In this document: positions 24,041-44,773 of the stretch, one piece after another | Position numbering within the stretch: the stretch's first letter is position 1 | Layout of the letters: each line of letters opens with the position of its first letter | NCBI RefSeq assembly: GCF_009914755.1 | Contig: NC_060929.1 | Source: the human T2T-CHM13v2.0 reference genome, Homo sapiens | Strand: one strand, 5' to 3' | Length of the DNA: 64,000 bases | Translations under genes and position numbers: made by a program | The notes under the pieces: model-generated | What the model was told of the DNA's origin: nothing | Database searches by the model: none | Seen by the model: the letters and a program-made list of their open reading frames with translations, nothing else

Positions 24041-25364
24041 TCTCAATACAGCAAAACCTTGTCCATTAGTGCTGGAATCAGGAAGAAATGTGTGACTACA
24101 TCATGCAGTGGAATAAAGAATCTATCCATATTTTTAAAGCAAAACACATGATACTAAAGAAATGTTGCATTTTGAACTGTGCCATCAAATAACTTGAGTT
24201 AAAACTTTCGTGTCCTCTGCTGTTCTGGGTATTGTGAATGAGTTGGAAAATTCTGAGAATCTCTGTTCTATATTCTATGCCTGATACGATCATGTCCTCT
24301 TATGGCCTCAACTGTCATTCACCTCCAAACAGAGGACCCTGAAATACTTCTCTCTTATTTCACTTCTCCATTTGCTAAATGATTCTTTTAGCTTACACCC
24401 CAGACAACATAGACTCTATTTGCCCAAATACATCACTATTTCATGGACCCAGACACTCTTCCTCTGTTAATCACTTATCACTGTCAGGCTGATAACCTTT
24501 GAGCTCTCTTTGCCTTTTTCTTCTATCTTTTCTGTCTCTCAACTTGACTTTTTCCTTTAGCTTCATGTTTTGGGGGCCCCAAGATTTATTTTCCTTTCAC
24601 ACTGGATACAATGTACATTATTTGAGTAATGGGTGCCCCCAAAGCCCTGCCTTCACCACTGTGCAATCTCAACACACATCTGTATAAAATTCTTCACATC
24701 TGTTCCTTTGTTTCTACAGCCACTATCCTGGGTCTGTCTGCCCTCATTGTTTGCCTAAACTATTGTGAAATTTTTCTAATTGGTCTTCCTCAGTATAATT
24801 TTTCCTTCCCTCCAACATATCCACCAATAAATCATGCTCTGTTCATTTCACTCAACTCAAAACCTTTCATGGTTGCCGCTGACTGAAGGAAGTATCCCAA
24901 TTACTTGTATAAAAATGAGTAAAATCCATGAAATGCCCCTGATCCATATTCCTAGTTTACATTCCTCAACTGCCTCTTTCCTCCTATAGTTCTTTGCTTT
25001 AAGACCCTTCTGTGACTCAACATTCTAAAAACTTCCTTGCATTTTTTTCTCTTTTGATCTTTGATCTCAATATAATCTCTTCCCAGTATGCCCTTCCAAT
25101 GATTCCTAAATTCTAGGCACTCAATACATATTGATTTGCTGAATAAATAAACCCCTGTTTTGCCTCAAGGCCAAGTCAATGACAACTTCTCTAATCTTCC
25201 TCAATCCCTCCAGTCAGATTACCCTTTCCCTCCTCTTAAACATTTATGATGCACAATAATTCTATTTTAGCATATTGAGCTCACTCCACTTTCCAGTATA
25301 ACTGGTTAGATACATATCTGTCCTCCCCGCTAAATTAAAAATTGCTTTATGGCTAGGGCCATTG

Positions 25365-26048
25365 TTATTTTTGTTTTGTTTTTGTTATTTATTTATTTTT
25401 ACTTGTATAAATGTATGGGGTACAAGTATAATTTTGTTACATGCATAGATTGCATAGCAGTGAAGTCAGGGCTTTTAGGGTATCCATCACTCAAATCATG
25501 TACCTTATACCCAGTGTGAAAGGAAAATAAATCTTGGGGCCCCCAAATCACTAAGCTAAAAGGAAAAGTCAAGCTGGGAACTGTTTAGGGCCAACCTGCC
25601 TCCCATTCTATTCAAAGTCACCCCTCTGCTCACTGAGATAGATGCATATCTGATTGCCTCCTTTAAAAAGGCTAATCAGAAACTCAAAATAATGCAACCA
25701 TTCATCTCACTTATCTGTGACCTGTAAGTTCCCGCTTCCAGTCTTCCTGCCTTTGCTTCAAGTTGTCCCGCCTTTCCAGACTGAATCAGTGCACTTCTTA
25801 CATACATTGATTGATGTCTCATGTCTCTCTAAAATGTATAAAACTAAGCTATGCCCTAACCACCTTGGGTATATATTGTCAGGACTTCCTGAGGCTGTTA
25901 GGGGTGCACATCCTCAATGCCATCTTGGCAAAATAAACTTTCCAAATTAACTAAGACTTGTCTCAAATCTTGAAGGTTCACACCAGTAAGTAATCTTTCA
26001 TCATCTACCACCCGCCACCACCACCCTCTTACCCTTCTGAGTCTCTGT
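25365..26048 (-). mobile_element. L1PB-type 3' end, interrupted by a MER4A-group LTR
   Basis: tatggggtacaagtataattttgttacatgcatagattgcatag...gtcagggcttttagggtatccatcac. Confidence 0.7.
25515..25982 (+). mobile_element. Solo LTR, MER4A1-like (ERV1)
   Basis: tgtgaaaggaaaataaatcttggggccccc...aataaa...ttcaca; TG...CA ends; perfect 4-bp TSD ccag (25511-25514 / 25983-25986). Confidence 0.85.
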
Positions 26049-26472
26049 TTGTTCTTCCATAGCATCAGTTAGGCAGACTGAAGGTGATTGTTGAAGTTAG
26101 GATGGAGGTCAAGTGCTTGTTGGTGGTGGTGATGGTGATGATGTGGTAAATGGAGTGAGTTGTGGATGTGCTACTTGATGGTACGGGGGCCCCAGCATCC
26201 CCCATCCTCAGAGACGGGGGAATTTCTCATACTGTGCATTCTATTTTCCAATTCTGGCTACCTAAAATCCCCAATTAACCCAGGTATATACACCAGTGAG
26301 CTCTTAGACCATAAATGCAAGTTACAGAATCATTCCCATCATCAACCATTGATGCCTAAAATGCTGGATTAAAGCAGCAACTGGTTTAATTAATCCCAAT
26401 ATCCTAAAGCCCTAATTACACAGACTTAACCCCAATGTCCATGAGCCAAACACTGCTTAAAGAGTTGGTTAA

Positions 26473-26788
<316 letters not shown>

Positions 26789-26999
26789 AAGAGTTGGTTA
26801 ATATCCATGATCAGTAGAGCTGAAAGCAATAAACTAGATACTTCCAATAGAACATTCATTCCTACACTCAGATTTCTAAAACTCGTCACATTCTGAAGTC
26901 AGCATAAATCAAATCTTAAAAAGACACATGATTTTAAAATAAACTCGCTCCCTATTATATTTCAACCATAGATAACATGGCATAAAATTCAATGCTTTT

Positions 27000-27080
27000 G
27001 TGACACGAGTTTACCTTTATAACAAAATTGCACATATACCCCAAACCTAAATTAAATGTTCAAAAATAAATAAATAAATG
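27000..27080 (+). mobile_element. Very short L1 3'-terminal remnant
   Basis: gtgacacgagtttacctttataacaaaattgcacatatacccc followed by an (AATA)n tail. Confidence 0.65.
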
Positions 27081-28360
27081 AATTTAAAAACTCACACTAC
27101 CTCGTAAGGAAAATCTACAGTGGCCTATTAATTTTTGCTTTTCCGTGTAAGTTTTAGACCCAGATTGGCAAGTTCCCCCAAAATAAACAAGTCAGTATTT
27201 TGACTTAAATTATATCAAATCTACAGATCAGTTGATGGACCACTGCAATTTTTATGATTTGGAGACTTCTGATCCAGGGACATGGTATGGACCTTCATGT
27301 TATTTTAATTCAATGTTCCCATAATTTATGCTTTTGTTGAAAATAGATATAGAATAATGTAGGACCTAAAAGAATAGTGGACAACTAAGAACACTTCACA
27401 TTTTATTTGTGAAAGAATATTTTCTGTTAGTCAGAGATATGAATTTTCCTTGACATCTTTAGCATCTTATGAAATGTATTTGGGTAAAGGAGTAGTGAGG
27501 ATTAACCACCTATGATTAAAGAAACCCTGATTTAGTCTATAGATACAAGAAGAGGCTTTTTGCTTTAACAAACATTTAATTATAATGAAAAATTTTAAAG
27601 GCCTTTCACTGGCAAATAGATTTTAAGGGAAATTAAACATGACAAAGGCTATTTGCTTTCCTTTACTTCATCACATCAGTTCCCAGAACATCCTGCCATT
27701 GTAGAGTAAATCAAAACAAAAGCCAAGCACACACAAGGGCCAAAAAAATTGGTGAATCCTAAATACAAGCATGCAGGCTGCTGCAGAAATTGGGAACAGC
27801 AGCGGGGAGGAGCCTGGGGATAATTTCCATGTATAGCCTCCCTTTAAATCTGTATTTGAATCCAAACCAAAGCAGATGTCAGTCAGCTAGCCCTGCCTGA
27901 TGAAGAATAATATGTTTACATAAATTTCAATCTATCTTTTTACCTACTGCTAAACCAAAGTTTTTTACTGGAATTCCACATTTAAAAATTGCAAGAAATT
28001 TATGATAAGAATATTTAACTGCTGGAATAGCTATTAAAATTAAACAAATAATATGTCTTATAATAAGAGAAAGAGAGAGGGAGGGAGAGAGAAAGAAATG
28101 AGAGAGAAAGAGAAACAATGACAGGTTAAAGTAATTGGAATTATTTACCTCAGAGAAAATAGTCAAAACCTGATGTAATTACATATGCAGAAAATATACA
28201 ACAGACTGTCAGTGAAGTTGAAGCAAATTACAAGAATAATTAAAATCAGCTTTGTTTTCTAGCTATTATCTTAAGAAGCTATAAGGAAGCGCTTTATTAT
28301 CAACTGGTTAGTGATAAACATTATAAATTACCTTTTTAATTAGTAAAGCTTCTGAAGTAT

Positions 28361-28475
28361 TTAGTAAAACTTCAAAAACAGAAGAATTTAGTAATTCAGG
28401 GAAATACAATAAAATCTTAGTAAAACTTCAAAAATAGAAGAATTTAGTAATTCAGGGAAATACAGTAAAATCTTA
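28361..28475. repeat. 56-bp tandem duplication (2 copies, 2 mismatches)
   Basis: ttagtaaaacttcaaaaa[c/t]agaagaatttagtaattcagggaaataca[a/g]taaaatc twice, followed by tta. Confidence 0.95.
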
Positions 28476-28849
28476 TAGATTAGGCTATGTCTAAGAAAAA
28501 TGATAACCATGATGAAGATAGTACAAACATAATTAATGACTTCTTGGATAGAATATAAATCTCGTCCCCTTTAGACTATGGTATGCTCATTTAATTTGAT
28601 CAATGTGTATAGTCACACTGAATAATTCAGGCTATTTAGTTTGGTAAAATTAGCCATACAACTTCTACTTCTCTATTGCGTTCTTATTTCTGGATTACAA
28701 TGCTCTTTGTTAACTTCTCTCTTTGATGATCTCAACACTTTCTATTTTCTGAGCCATTCCATAACTAAACAGGGTAAGAGTTTCCAGGACTCATTTGTTT
28801 TAAATGGGAAAGGTACTCATTCCCGCAATATGTTACTTTGATGTTGCGT

Positions 28850-29055
28850 AAAGCACATTGTGAGCTTTGGAATAATACAAACCTGCATTCAAATCCTACC
28901 TTTTCTAGGAAAGTTATGAAACATCTCTTAGCTGCTTCCTTAAAGTGTCAAATGGGAGATAATTTACTAGATAAGGTAGTTGTAAGAATTAAATGAGGTA
29001 ACATGTGAAGCACTTACTATAGAGCTTTCCACATAGTTATTAAAAAATGTTATTT
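28850..29055 (+). mobile_element. MIR
   Basis: ttcaaatccta...aaatgggagataat...gttgtaagaattaaatgag...gaagcactta. Confidence 0.65.
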
Positions 29056-30532
29056 CTTTCCCTTTGTTTGTTGCCACAAGTTCTTTTAGGGAAGGATGTA
29101 GAGCAAAAGATATGCATAAACTTGTGAAACTTTACCACTGTTCAGAATTCCTCAGAGAGAGAAACTACATTCATCTTGGAAATCCATATTGCGTACTTTG
29201 AAGAACTGCAGTTCTTCTTGCAAACTCTTTATTTCTTTGAAGTTAGGTCAGGAGAATAATACGGCATCATTCTGTGGACAAGCCATGGTTATTGCCACCA
29301 AATAAAATGTCTCTGTATCAAGAATCTGGCCCTTCTAAAAGTAGCATTTGTGATTAGAGATCATGTCCAGGTCTATCTATACACAGTGCCCCCGCCACCC
29401 CAATATACTTTTAATTGAGTTTTTACTCACTGAGACCTACAATATCACTGGTAAAGTATCTCAGCTTTCATTTGTGCTGTTGTTCGGTAAACTACAAATT
29501 TTCCTTGAGAAACGAGTGACATTTATTTTCAATGTCAATATTCTACCTTTGGTTGTATACTGAGAACCAGAACACAAAAATCCCCAGTAATTCATCTCCA
29601 GTGTCTGATAACTACCTCATAAATGATCATGGTGTGAAGTTTTGCACGAGGATTTTCAAAGAAAAGATATTCAAACCTCTTTTCAAAAGACAATTGTTGA
29701 TGGTTCAACAAGAAAGAGGATGTTTTGGTTATCCTACCACTTTTACACTCCAGGAATTCAAAAAATGTTTTAAAAGGGTGAATTTTATTTTATCCATTTT
29801 TTGCCACAATTTCTAAAACAACAACAAAAAAAGAGTGAGTGATACAAAGTAGCTACACAATCTCACTATTAAAGTCAGGTAATCTCCATTAATTGTAAAT
29901 ATTAACTTCCATGCTAATTAATTTCACCCAACTGAAGTGTAAATATGCCCTTTGCTTTTGTTGACACCCTAAGGATTTAGAGATTCTACCCATTAGGATG
30001 TTGAAAAGCAGTGTGGGGTTTTTGAAGAGGAACATTTTCACACCATCTGGATGAATCAAAGGGTCATCTTAGAACACAGTTGTCAATACAATTTCTAGAA
30101 TCAGTGCAGTGAAAGTAAAGCACCCAGAGAAATTTGGCAATAGGCATGTGGGAAACAGAGAGTTTGCTCTCAGTTTTTTCTCCAATAAAAATATTGCTAA
30201 GACATAGTTCCAGGATGAAATAAAAATAATATACACTGCTAGCTCAGAGTTATTTACATGAGCTATGGATAAAGGACCACAAGATTTCAAAGCAGTCTCA
30301 GGACTCTTTTCTTAGCTAGCAAACTATATCTGAGATGATCTTGTCCTCCCTCTCAGAGGATAAGCAGGAATTTGCTGAGTAGAGAAGTTGTGAGAAAGGC
30401 AATGATGTGGGAGATAGGAAGAAGCAGGAAGGAAAAGCAGATATGTAAAGGCAAGAAGCATGCAAGTAAAAGTCAGATTTGGGGGATGGTAAAGACTTCA
30501 ACATAGCTAGAGACAGGGTTATGGATGGGAAG

Positions 30533-30998
30533 TGCATTCATTTCCCATTGCCCTTACAACAAATTAACACAAACTGAGTGGTTTAAAACACCACAAATAA
30601 GTCAGAAGTCCTGAATTAGTCTTACAGAGCTAAGCTAAAATCAGGATGTCAGTGGGATTAATTGCTTCTGGAGATGCCAATGGGGGATTCATCCCTTTCT
30701 TCTTCCAGCTTCTAGAGGCTTTCAGCATTGCATGCCTTGGCTTGCGGCTTCACACCAATTTCTACTTCTGCTGTCACATTGCCTTCTTCTGCCTTTGACC
30801 TTCCTGCCTCTCTCTTAAAAGGCCCCTTTATAATTACATTTAGGGCCTGCCTGGATCATCAAGGAAAATCCCCCCATCTCAAGATCCTTAAATTAACCAC
30901 ATCTGCAAAGTTCCTTTTGACATATAAGGTTACATATTCACAGGTTATGGAAATTACGACTTGGATATCTTTTGAGGACCATTATTCAGACTACCACA
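30533..30998 (-). mobile_element. MLT1B/C-type MaLR solo LTR
   Basis: aacaaattaacacaaactgagtggtttaaaaca...catctgcaaagttccttttg...cattattcagactaccaca; approximate 5-bp TSD ggaag/ggcag. Confidence 0.85.
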
Positions 30999-31135
30999 GG
31001 CAGTAATACAACTTATGATATTTATCATTTCCGCATGTTATTCGTTACACTAGGTACTTTACCTGCATTATATAGCCACAATGCTCTCTGTCTCTGCAAG
31101 ATGAGAAATATTATGGGTGAGATTCAAAATGTTTA

Positions 31136-31810
<675 letters not shown>

Positions 31811-34256
31811 TCTAGACCCCCTTTTCCTTCCATCAAGTTAGGCGGAGTCTTATTTAAAAATCTAAAATAATAATAAAATTTAGAGATACTTAAGGATTAT
31901 GAAACCCATATGATAGTCTGTGTAATAAATTAGATATTATATTTTTGAAAATTTGTAGTGGGTTAATCTTCAATGGCAGAGGTGAGGGTGGCCACCCCTC
32001 CTCCCAAATAGGGAGAGTGCAACATTATATCAAATGACCAAGTTAATTCCTTGGGAGGCACCCGATGGGCTCACTTACTTGTCTCAATAATTGGATTGCC
32101 AAAGCAATTAGAGATGTCATGCGGGCCCCTCCTAAAAACTCAATACCAAGCTGGGGTCTTAGCATGAGAAAGTCTTAACATCCTTGCCATTCCTTTGCTA
32201 CTAGTGCCACTATAACATTCCCAGCAGATTCAAACTGTGATTTTAAAAGATACACAACAACCAAATAAGTTAATTATGCTCTTCACAGTTTGCTTAGACA
32301 TATAGAATTTAACAGCCACTAAACATGTGAAACACTGAGTGATGTTTCAAAATAAAGTTTGGCTGGAAATATTATAGTTATCATCCTTCATCATTACCTG
32401 GAAGATCATATTCATTTTGGGTTGATATGACACAAATGAATGTATTCATGTGAACCTGATAGATTTTACTGTTGGTTTTCTGAGAAAATATTTTAAAAGA
32501 ACTAAGGAAAATCAGCTACAAGTTCATGAGGTACACATAGCTTAAAATATCTCAAATAATGTCCTAAAGCTCATGCAGACACACTTGTACAGCTACACAG
32601 CACATAATAGTGTAAGGACCCACCAATCCATTGTTCAAGTTATTCTAAGGAATACGTTTTGTTTAAAATCCAGTCCCCTGGTTTACAATAATTCCTGTAT
32701 CAGGAAAAAAGGGTGTGAGCTCATCAGCAGAGTGAATCACAATAACTCAAACAGGATGATTGATGAGATAGTGAAAAGGTGTTGGTGAATTTACACAGGC
32801 CATTAACCTAATAATTTATTCAACTTTCTCTGCAAACTCCCGTGAATATATCCAAGAAGGCACATAAACTCATGTCTCCGAACTCTTGTTAAAAGAATAT
32901 TAGGGAATTCACAAAGTTCACAGAATTATGGGGAAAAAAATTAATAAGTCCTGAGTCTCCTTTATGCCCTGACACTGAAGTCAATGTTGTCCTCTTACCA
33001 AAAAGCAAACACAAGCCTGACTACGGCACTTTGTTGCCTAGTTACCCTCGTGTCCTCACAGGCCTGGGTTGCCTATCTCTGTGGGAATGAATTAAATTCT
33101 GCAAATAAACTCTGACTTGGACACTTCAGGGTCCATTGGTTTACTCGGACTAAACTGTGCTTTGTCTATAAATGGTCCTAGAATTTCATTCATAATTTTG
33201 GAAAGGGGTAGAGGGAGGAAAAACACAAAATACATATAAAATCTGAAATCTGAAATGTGTTCTATTTAAAAACATTTTGTCTTATAAAAAACGCTACCTC
33301 CATGCAAGGAGGGGGGCCCATTGTGATATGTCAGCAGAGACCAGATCACATGCACTTCAGTTACCTGCATGCCAGGTTAATTCACATAGGAATAGGATAC
33401 GCATATGGTTTTTCATCACAGAACAAAACTAGATGAGAATGTATGTGGATAACACTATCTGGTGGGTAGGGACAGGGAGAGAGTAAGCCATTATATAATC
33501 TTGAAGTTTGGGGCATTAGGGAATATTACATGCAATACAATATGTTAAAATGCTTAGCACCTATGAATTCAGCTTAATTGATGTATAAAGTATAGAAACA
33601 AAGCTCATTTGAACATAACATTTCAATGGAAAAAAGGATGAGCATTTTTTTTATCTTATTGGTACTAGATCTTTACAAAAAGATTTAAGGTTCATAAATT
33701 TCCCTTAATTTGCTTCAGTTTCAAATAAAAGATTATTTCATTAATTTATTATTGACTCTCACTAATACATATAACTTACTTTTTAGTCTGGGCCCATTTG
33801 TTTACTTATTCGTTGCTTTCCTCATTCATTGGTTTTAATAATGTTTATGTGCCAATCACTGTGCTAAGTCATAAAAATTCAAAGCAAACAAGAGGGAGAG
33901 TGATCTCTGCCCTGGTGGGGTTTTTGCTGAAGCAGAGAAGACAGGTGATTCTAAAAATAATTAATACATTACCTAAATGAGTGTTTTGAAGGGAGACAGG
34001 TAGCACATCTGAAAGTCTATAATTCCTAACCTATTTATGTGCAATATTGTTTAGCTAAAGAAATCAAAGGTAGTTCTGAAATATGGAACATAAGCAGACA
34101 ACTTTTATTCTGACACTTTTTATTTTTAAAGTGATTTCCTAAGCAACCCTAAAATATTTTAAGACAACTGCATTTTTTAGTCCTATGCATATTATCAAAC
34201 TGATAAAAAATAAAATTTTATATCAAAAATGAAATATTGTCTAAGTGACATATTTA

Positions 34257-35917
<1,661 letters not shown>

Positions 35918-38900
35918 TAAAAAATATAGATATATATGACAAGGTTCTTAGGACCCAACTACATCTGTGGCTTTGAGACCATATAATCCCATGTCTTTAG
36001 TTTAATCTACACCAAGTAGTATTCATTTACAATTTCTGATATTCAAGATGTTTCCTAGCTTTTCAAAGACCCATAGATGTCCTTTCCTCAGTGGTAAAAT
36101 TGTAATAGCCACCATCAGGAAATTCTGCTATTGTGCTAAGGTTCCTTTCTTTCTCTTTTGAAGAGCAAAAAATAAACAGAGCCAGTTACAGCACAATGGC
36201 TGCCCAGGCTTCCCCACTTAACATTCCTGAACATATTTATTGTGGAAATAAATTCTGATAATATTGCAAGTATTTTATTTTTATCATTCATTTAGAAATA
36301 TATTTTGAATGCCCCATTCACTCTATCAAAACTGGAAACACTTCCTTTTCAATTTTCCCAATTACCTTTATTTCTTAAGATGAAGTTATTTAAATTTCAC
36401 AAGTAGAAGAATATTGGACTAATTTATCTATGTGTAGTTTCCATCAGCCACAATTTTTGTATTTGATTAGCGTCTAAGCAAAATTCTTTTCTGAGTTTTT
36501 CTAATATGAAGGTTTACAGCTCATCACACAGAAAAAGCAAAGCCTCTTTTTTGGTACTAGTGTGCTGCTGTGTAGAAAGACCAGTGTTGTCACATCACCA
36601 GCAGGATGGGAGCTGTGGCTTGCTTTTCTAGTAGAGTGGGATGCTGTGATTATCTGCCTCTACTCTCTCACCAATTTCCCCTTTGAATAAAAGGTAAATG
36701 CTGATGAGCCTCCAGGTTGGGTGGAAATTCCACCTGTAGATGTAGAATAACATTGTCCTAATTAATGTTGTATATGTCTACAGTCTGTGCTTTATCTCAC
36801 TATAACTTTCACCAAATGAATTAATTAGCTTTCATTTTGGTTATATACAACCATTACTCAGAAATGCATACTTCATGGAAATTATTTCCATGTTCTTAAC
36901 CATTTAAATTAGGATTATTGATATGAGGTAATATTTTAAAAATAAAATGACCAATTGTGTACTATACATACAGTTAATATTAGGTGTATGCACATTCAAA
37001 ACTAATGATACATTATAATATAATGAACTATTTTTCTTTACTGCCTCTGTCCATTCCCTAAGTATTCTGTCCGATAATTAAAAACAGACATAAACTATTA
37101 TTACCCTAAATGTTAATTCTTGTTCCATTTACTGAAAAACTCAATGAGGTAACATTTTAAACAATGGTTTCTTCTTTAAGATTTTTATTTACAATTAAGT
37201 GAGCCCGAATTCTTTCGTAACTGTGTTGAAAACAAAACTCTCCTCACTATAAGTTGAATGCTTTAGCTGATTAAAATAAAAGTATTTTAGTATTTTAGCT
37301 GGTTAAAATAAAAGCTCATGAAAGGCTCACTGATTCATATTAGTAACTTCAGTTTTATAATTTAACTGCCATTATAGTTCTTATAAAAAATTTCCATCAT
37401 TAAATCACAAACTGCTCCAAATTTTTATTTTGAGAAGCAATATGTTCATAAATGAAGCTTTGGATTATTAGATATATAGATAGTATATTCATCTCATTGT
37501 TGAAAGTTGAAAATTTTGGTCGATAGTCACGGCTTGGCTGATTTCTTCATAGAATTCTCTATGTATGTTCTACATGACATTGCTATGACACTAATGTCCA
37601 AAGCCTCCATTTCTCTTGAGAAAAAAAAATCACTTCTTGTCATGTTTCAATCACCCTCTGAGACGAAGCCACACACAGATGAAACAATAGCTAATTCTTT
37701 AAGGCAACTAGGAACTCTTTTGTGCCCTGGCAGGATAGTGTTTGAAACTTGTAATATGGTATACAGTTCTAATGGTAACATTTGAAAATAAGTGAATTAC
37801 AGTGGCTGGCTGGCAAGATGGCCGAATAGGAACAGCTCCGGTCTGCAGCTCCCAGCGAGACCAATGCAGAAGGCAGGTGATTTCTGCATTTCTAACGGAG
37901 ATACCCAGCTCATCTCATTGGGACTGGTTAGACAGTGGGTACAGACCACGGCGTGTGAGCTGAAGCAGGGTTGGGCATCAACTCACCTGGGAAGTTCAAG
38001 GGGTTGGGGAACTCCCTCCTCTAGCCAAGGGAAGCCATGAGGGACTGTGCTGTGAGGAATGGTGCATTCCGGCCCAGATACTACACATTTCCCACAGTCT
38101 TTGCAACCTGCAGACCAGGAGATTCCCTTGGGTTCCTACACCACCAGGATCCTGGGTTTTAAGCACACAACTGGGTGGCTGTTTGGGCAGACACCGAGCT
38201 AGCTGCAGGATTTTTTTTTTTTTCATACCACAGTGGCACCTGGAAGGCCAGTGAGACAGAACCATTCACAACTGTGGAAAGGGGGCTGAAACCAAGGAGC
38301 CAAGTGGTCTAGCTCAGCGGATCCCACCCCTGTGGAGCCCAGCAAGCTAAGATCCACTAGTTTAAATTTCTTGTTGCCAGCACAGCAGTCTGAAGTGGAC
38401 CTGGGACACTTGAGCTTGGTGAGGGGAGGGGTGTCTGCTATTACTGAGGCTTCAGTAGGCGGTTTTCTCCTCACAGTGTAAACAAAGCCACCAGGAAGTT
38501 CAAACTGGGCTCAGCTCCACAAAGCCACTGTAGCCAGACTGCCTTCCTAGATTCCTCCTCTCTGGGCAGGGCACTTCTGAAAGAAAGGCAGCAGCCCCAG
38601 TCAGGGGCTTATAGATAAAATTCCCATCTCCCTGGGACAGAGCACCTGGGGGAAGGGGTGCCTGTAGGCGCTGCTTCAGCAGACAAACATTCCTGCCTGC
38701 TGGCTCTGAAGAGAGCAGTGGATCTCCCAGTGCAGTGCTTGAGCTCTGCTAAGGGACACAATGCTTCCTCAAATGGGTCCCTCACCCCCGTGCCTCCTGA
38801 CTGGGAGATACTTCCCAGCAGGGGTCGACAGACACCTCATACAGGAGAGATCCAGCTGGCATCTGGTGGGTGCCCCTCTGGGAAAAACCTTCCAGAGGAA

Positions 38901-39961
38901 AGAACAGGCAGCAATCTTTGCTGTTCTACAGCCTCTGCTGGTGATACCCAGGCAAAGAGGGTCTGGAGTGGACATCCAGCAAACTCCAGCAGACCTGCAG
39001 CAGAGAGGCCTGACTGTTAGAAGGAAAACTAACAAACAGAAAGGAGTAGCATCAACGTCAACAAAAAGGATGTCCAGTCAGAAACCCCATCCAAGGGTCA
39101 CCAACATCAAAGACCAAAGGTAGATAAATCCATGAAGATGGGGAGGAACCAGTGCAAAAAGTCTTAAAATTACAAAAATCAGAATGCCTCTTCTCCAAAG
39201 GATCACAACTCCTCACCAGCAAGGGAACAAAACTGGATGGAGAATGAATTTGACAAATTGACAGAAGTAGACTTCAAAATGTGGGTAACAACAAATGGCT
39301 CCGAGCTAAAGAAGCATGTTCTAACCCAATGCAGAGAAGCTAAGAACACTGAAAAAAGGTGAGAGGAATTGCTAACTAGAATAATCAGTTTAGAGAAGAA
39401 TATAAACGACCTGATGGAGCTGAAAAACCCAGCACAAGAACTTCCTGAAGCATACACAAGTATCAATAGCCAAATTGATCAAGCAGAAGAAAGGATATCA
39501 GAGATTGAAGATCAATTTAATGAAAGAAAGGGTGAAGACAAGATTAGAGAAAAAAGAATGAAAGGGAAAGAACAAAGCCTCCAAGAAATATGGGACTATG
39601 TGAAAAAAACAAACTTACGTTTGATTGGTGTACCTCAAAGTGATGGGAGAATGGAACCAAGTTGGAAAACACCCTTCAGGATATTATCCAGTAGAATATC
39701 CCCAACCCAGCAAGACAGGCCAACATTCAAATTCAGGAAATACAGAGAACACCACAAAGATACTCCTCGAGAAGAGCAACCCCAAGACACATAATCATCA
39801 GATTCACCAAGGTCGAAATGGAGGAAAAAATGTTAAGGACAGCCAGAGAGAAAGCTCAGGTTACTCACAAAGGGAAGCACATCAGACTAACAGTGGATCT
39901 CTCTGCAGAAACCCTACAAGACAGAAAAGAGAGGGGGCCACTCTTAAAGGAAGGAATTTTC

Positions 39962-40670
39962 TTTTTTTTTTTTTTAAGGTTAAGGAATATTAAAGAGTTT
40001 ATTTTATGCTCATTTATTCCTTCTTGAAAGCTCTTCTTTTCTTTACGTAGATTTCAGTTTTTGACCTATGTCATTTCATTTCTGACCGAAAAATTTCTTT
40101 CAACATTTATTTCAAGGCAGGTCTACTGGTGACAGATTCAGCCTTTGTCTGAGAAAGCATTTCTTCTTTGCTTTTGAAGGATAGTTTCACTGTATCCAGA
40201 ATTCTAGTTTTATCCTTTAAACACTTTAAATATTTCACGCTACCTTCTTCTTTCTTGCATGGTTGCCAATGAGATTTCTGATGTAATTCTTATCCTTGTC
40301 CCTCCTTAGGTAAATTTCTTCTCTTCTGTAGCTTCTTTCATGTTTTCTGGTTGTCTTTAGTTTTCTGTGATTTGAACATAATATGACTAGGTGTGGACTT
40401 TTTTTTTATACTCAACAATAATTTATTGTATATTTTCAAATAGCTAAAAGAGGAGAATTGGACTGTTTCTAATACAAGACATGATAAATGCCTGAGGTGA
40501 TGGACACCCCAATTGCCCCAATAAGATTATTATATATTGTATGTATCAAAATTTCACATGTATCCCATAGATATATACACTTATTATGTACCCATAATAA
40601 TTAAAAACAATTTTTTAAAAGATCCTGTTTCTTAACATCTTTGACACTTCATTTATACTCTAGTTTTTCC
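39962..40670 (-). other. L1 3'-transduced segment with a second poly(A)
   Basis: T14 at 39962-39975; antisense AATAAA at 39998-40003; ~695 bp of non-L1PA sequence (old L1M fragments); all lies inside the TSD of the downstream L1. Confidence 0.85.
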
Positions 40671-41308
40671 TTTTTTTTATATTATACTTTAAGTTTTAGG
40701 GTACATGTGCACAATGTGCAGGTTAGTTACATATGTATACATGTGCCATGCTGGTGTGCTGCACCCACTAACTCGTCATCTAGCATTAGCTATATCTCCC
40801 ATTGCTATCCCTCCCCCCTACCCCCACCCCACAATAGTCCCCAGAGTGTGATATTCCCCTTCCTGTGTCCATGTGTTCTCATTGTTCAATTCCCACCTAT
40901 GAGTGAGAATATGCGGTGTTTGGTTTTTTGTTCTTGCGATAGTTTACTGAGAATGATGATTTCCAATTTCATCCATGTCCCTACAAAGGACATGAACTCA
41001 TCATGTTTTATGGCCGCATAGTATTGCATGGTGTATATGTGCCACATTTTCTTAATCCAGTCTATCATTGATGGACATTTGGGTTGGTTCCAAGTCTTTG
41101 CTATTGTGAATAATGCCACAATAAACATACGTGTGCATGTGTCTTTATAGCAGCATGATTTATAGTCCTTTGGGTATATACCCAGTAATGGCATGGCTGG
41201 GTCAAATGGTATTTCTAGTTCTAGATCCCTGAGGAATCGCCACACTGACTTCCACAATGGTTGAACTAGTTTACAGTCCCACCAACAGTGTGAAAGTGTT
41301 CCTATTTA

Positions 41309-44710
<3,402 letters not shown>

Positions 44711-44773
44711 TACGATGTTAGCTGGCTATTTTGCTCGTTAATCGATGCAGTTTCTTCCTAGTCTCGATGGTCT

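Noticed and set aside
28361-28475. Tandem repeats as a CRISPR-like array
   Set aside because: There are only two adjacent units, no spacers and no cas genes, and the context is human.
32393-33435. Further AG/GT-bounded minus-strand segments (about 32398-32479 and 33365-33429)
   Set aside because: The splice signals are mediocre and of a kind expected by chance in AT-rich introns, which is also why the retained exon candidates are scored low.
39976-40670. Independent old L1M insertions into the L1PA7 element
   Set aside because: L1M families predate L1PA7; the AATAAA, poly(A) and shared TSD fit a 3' transduction instead.
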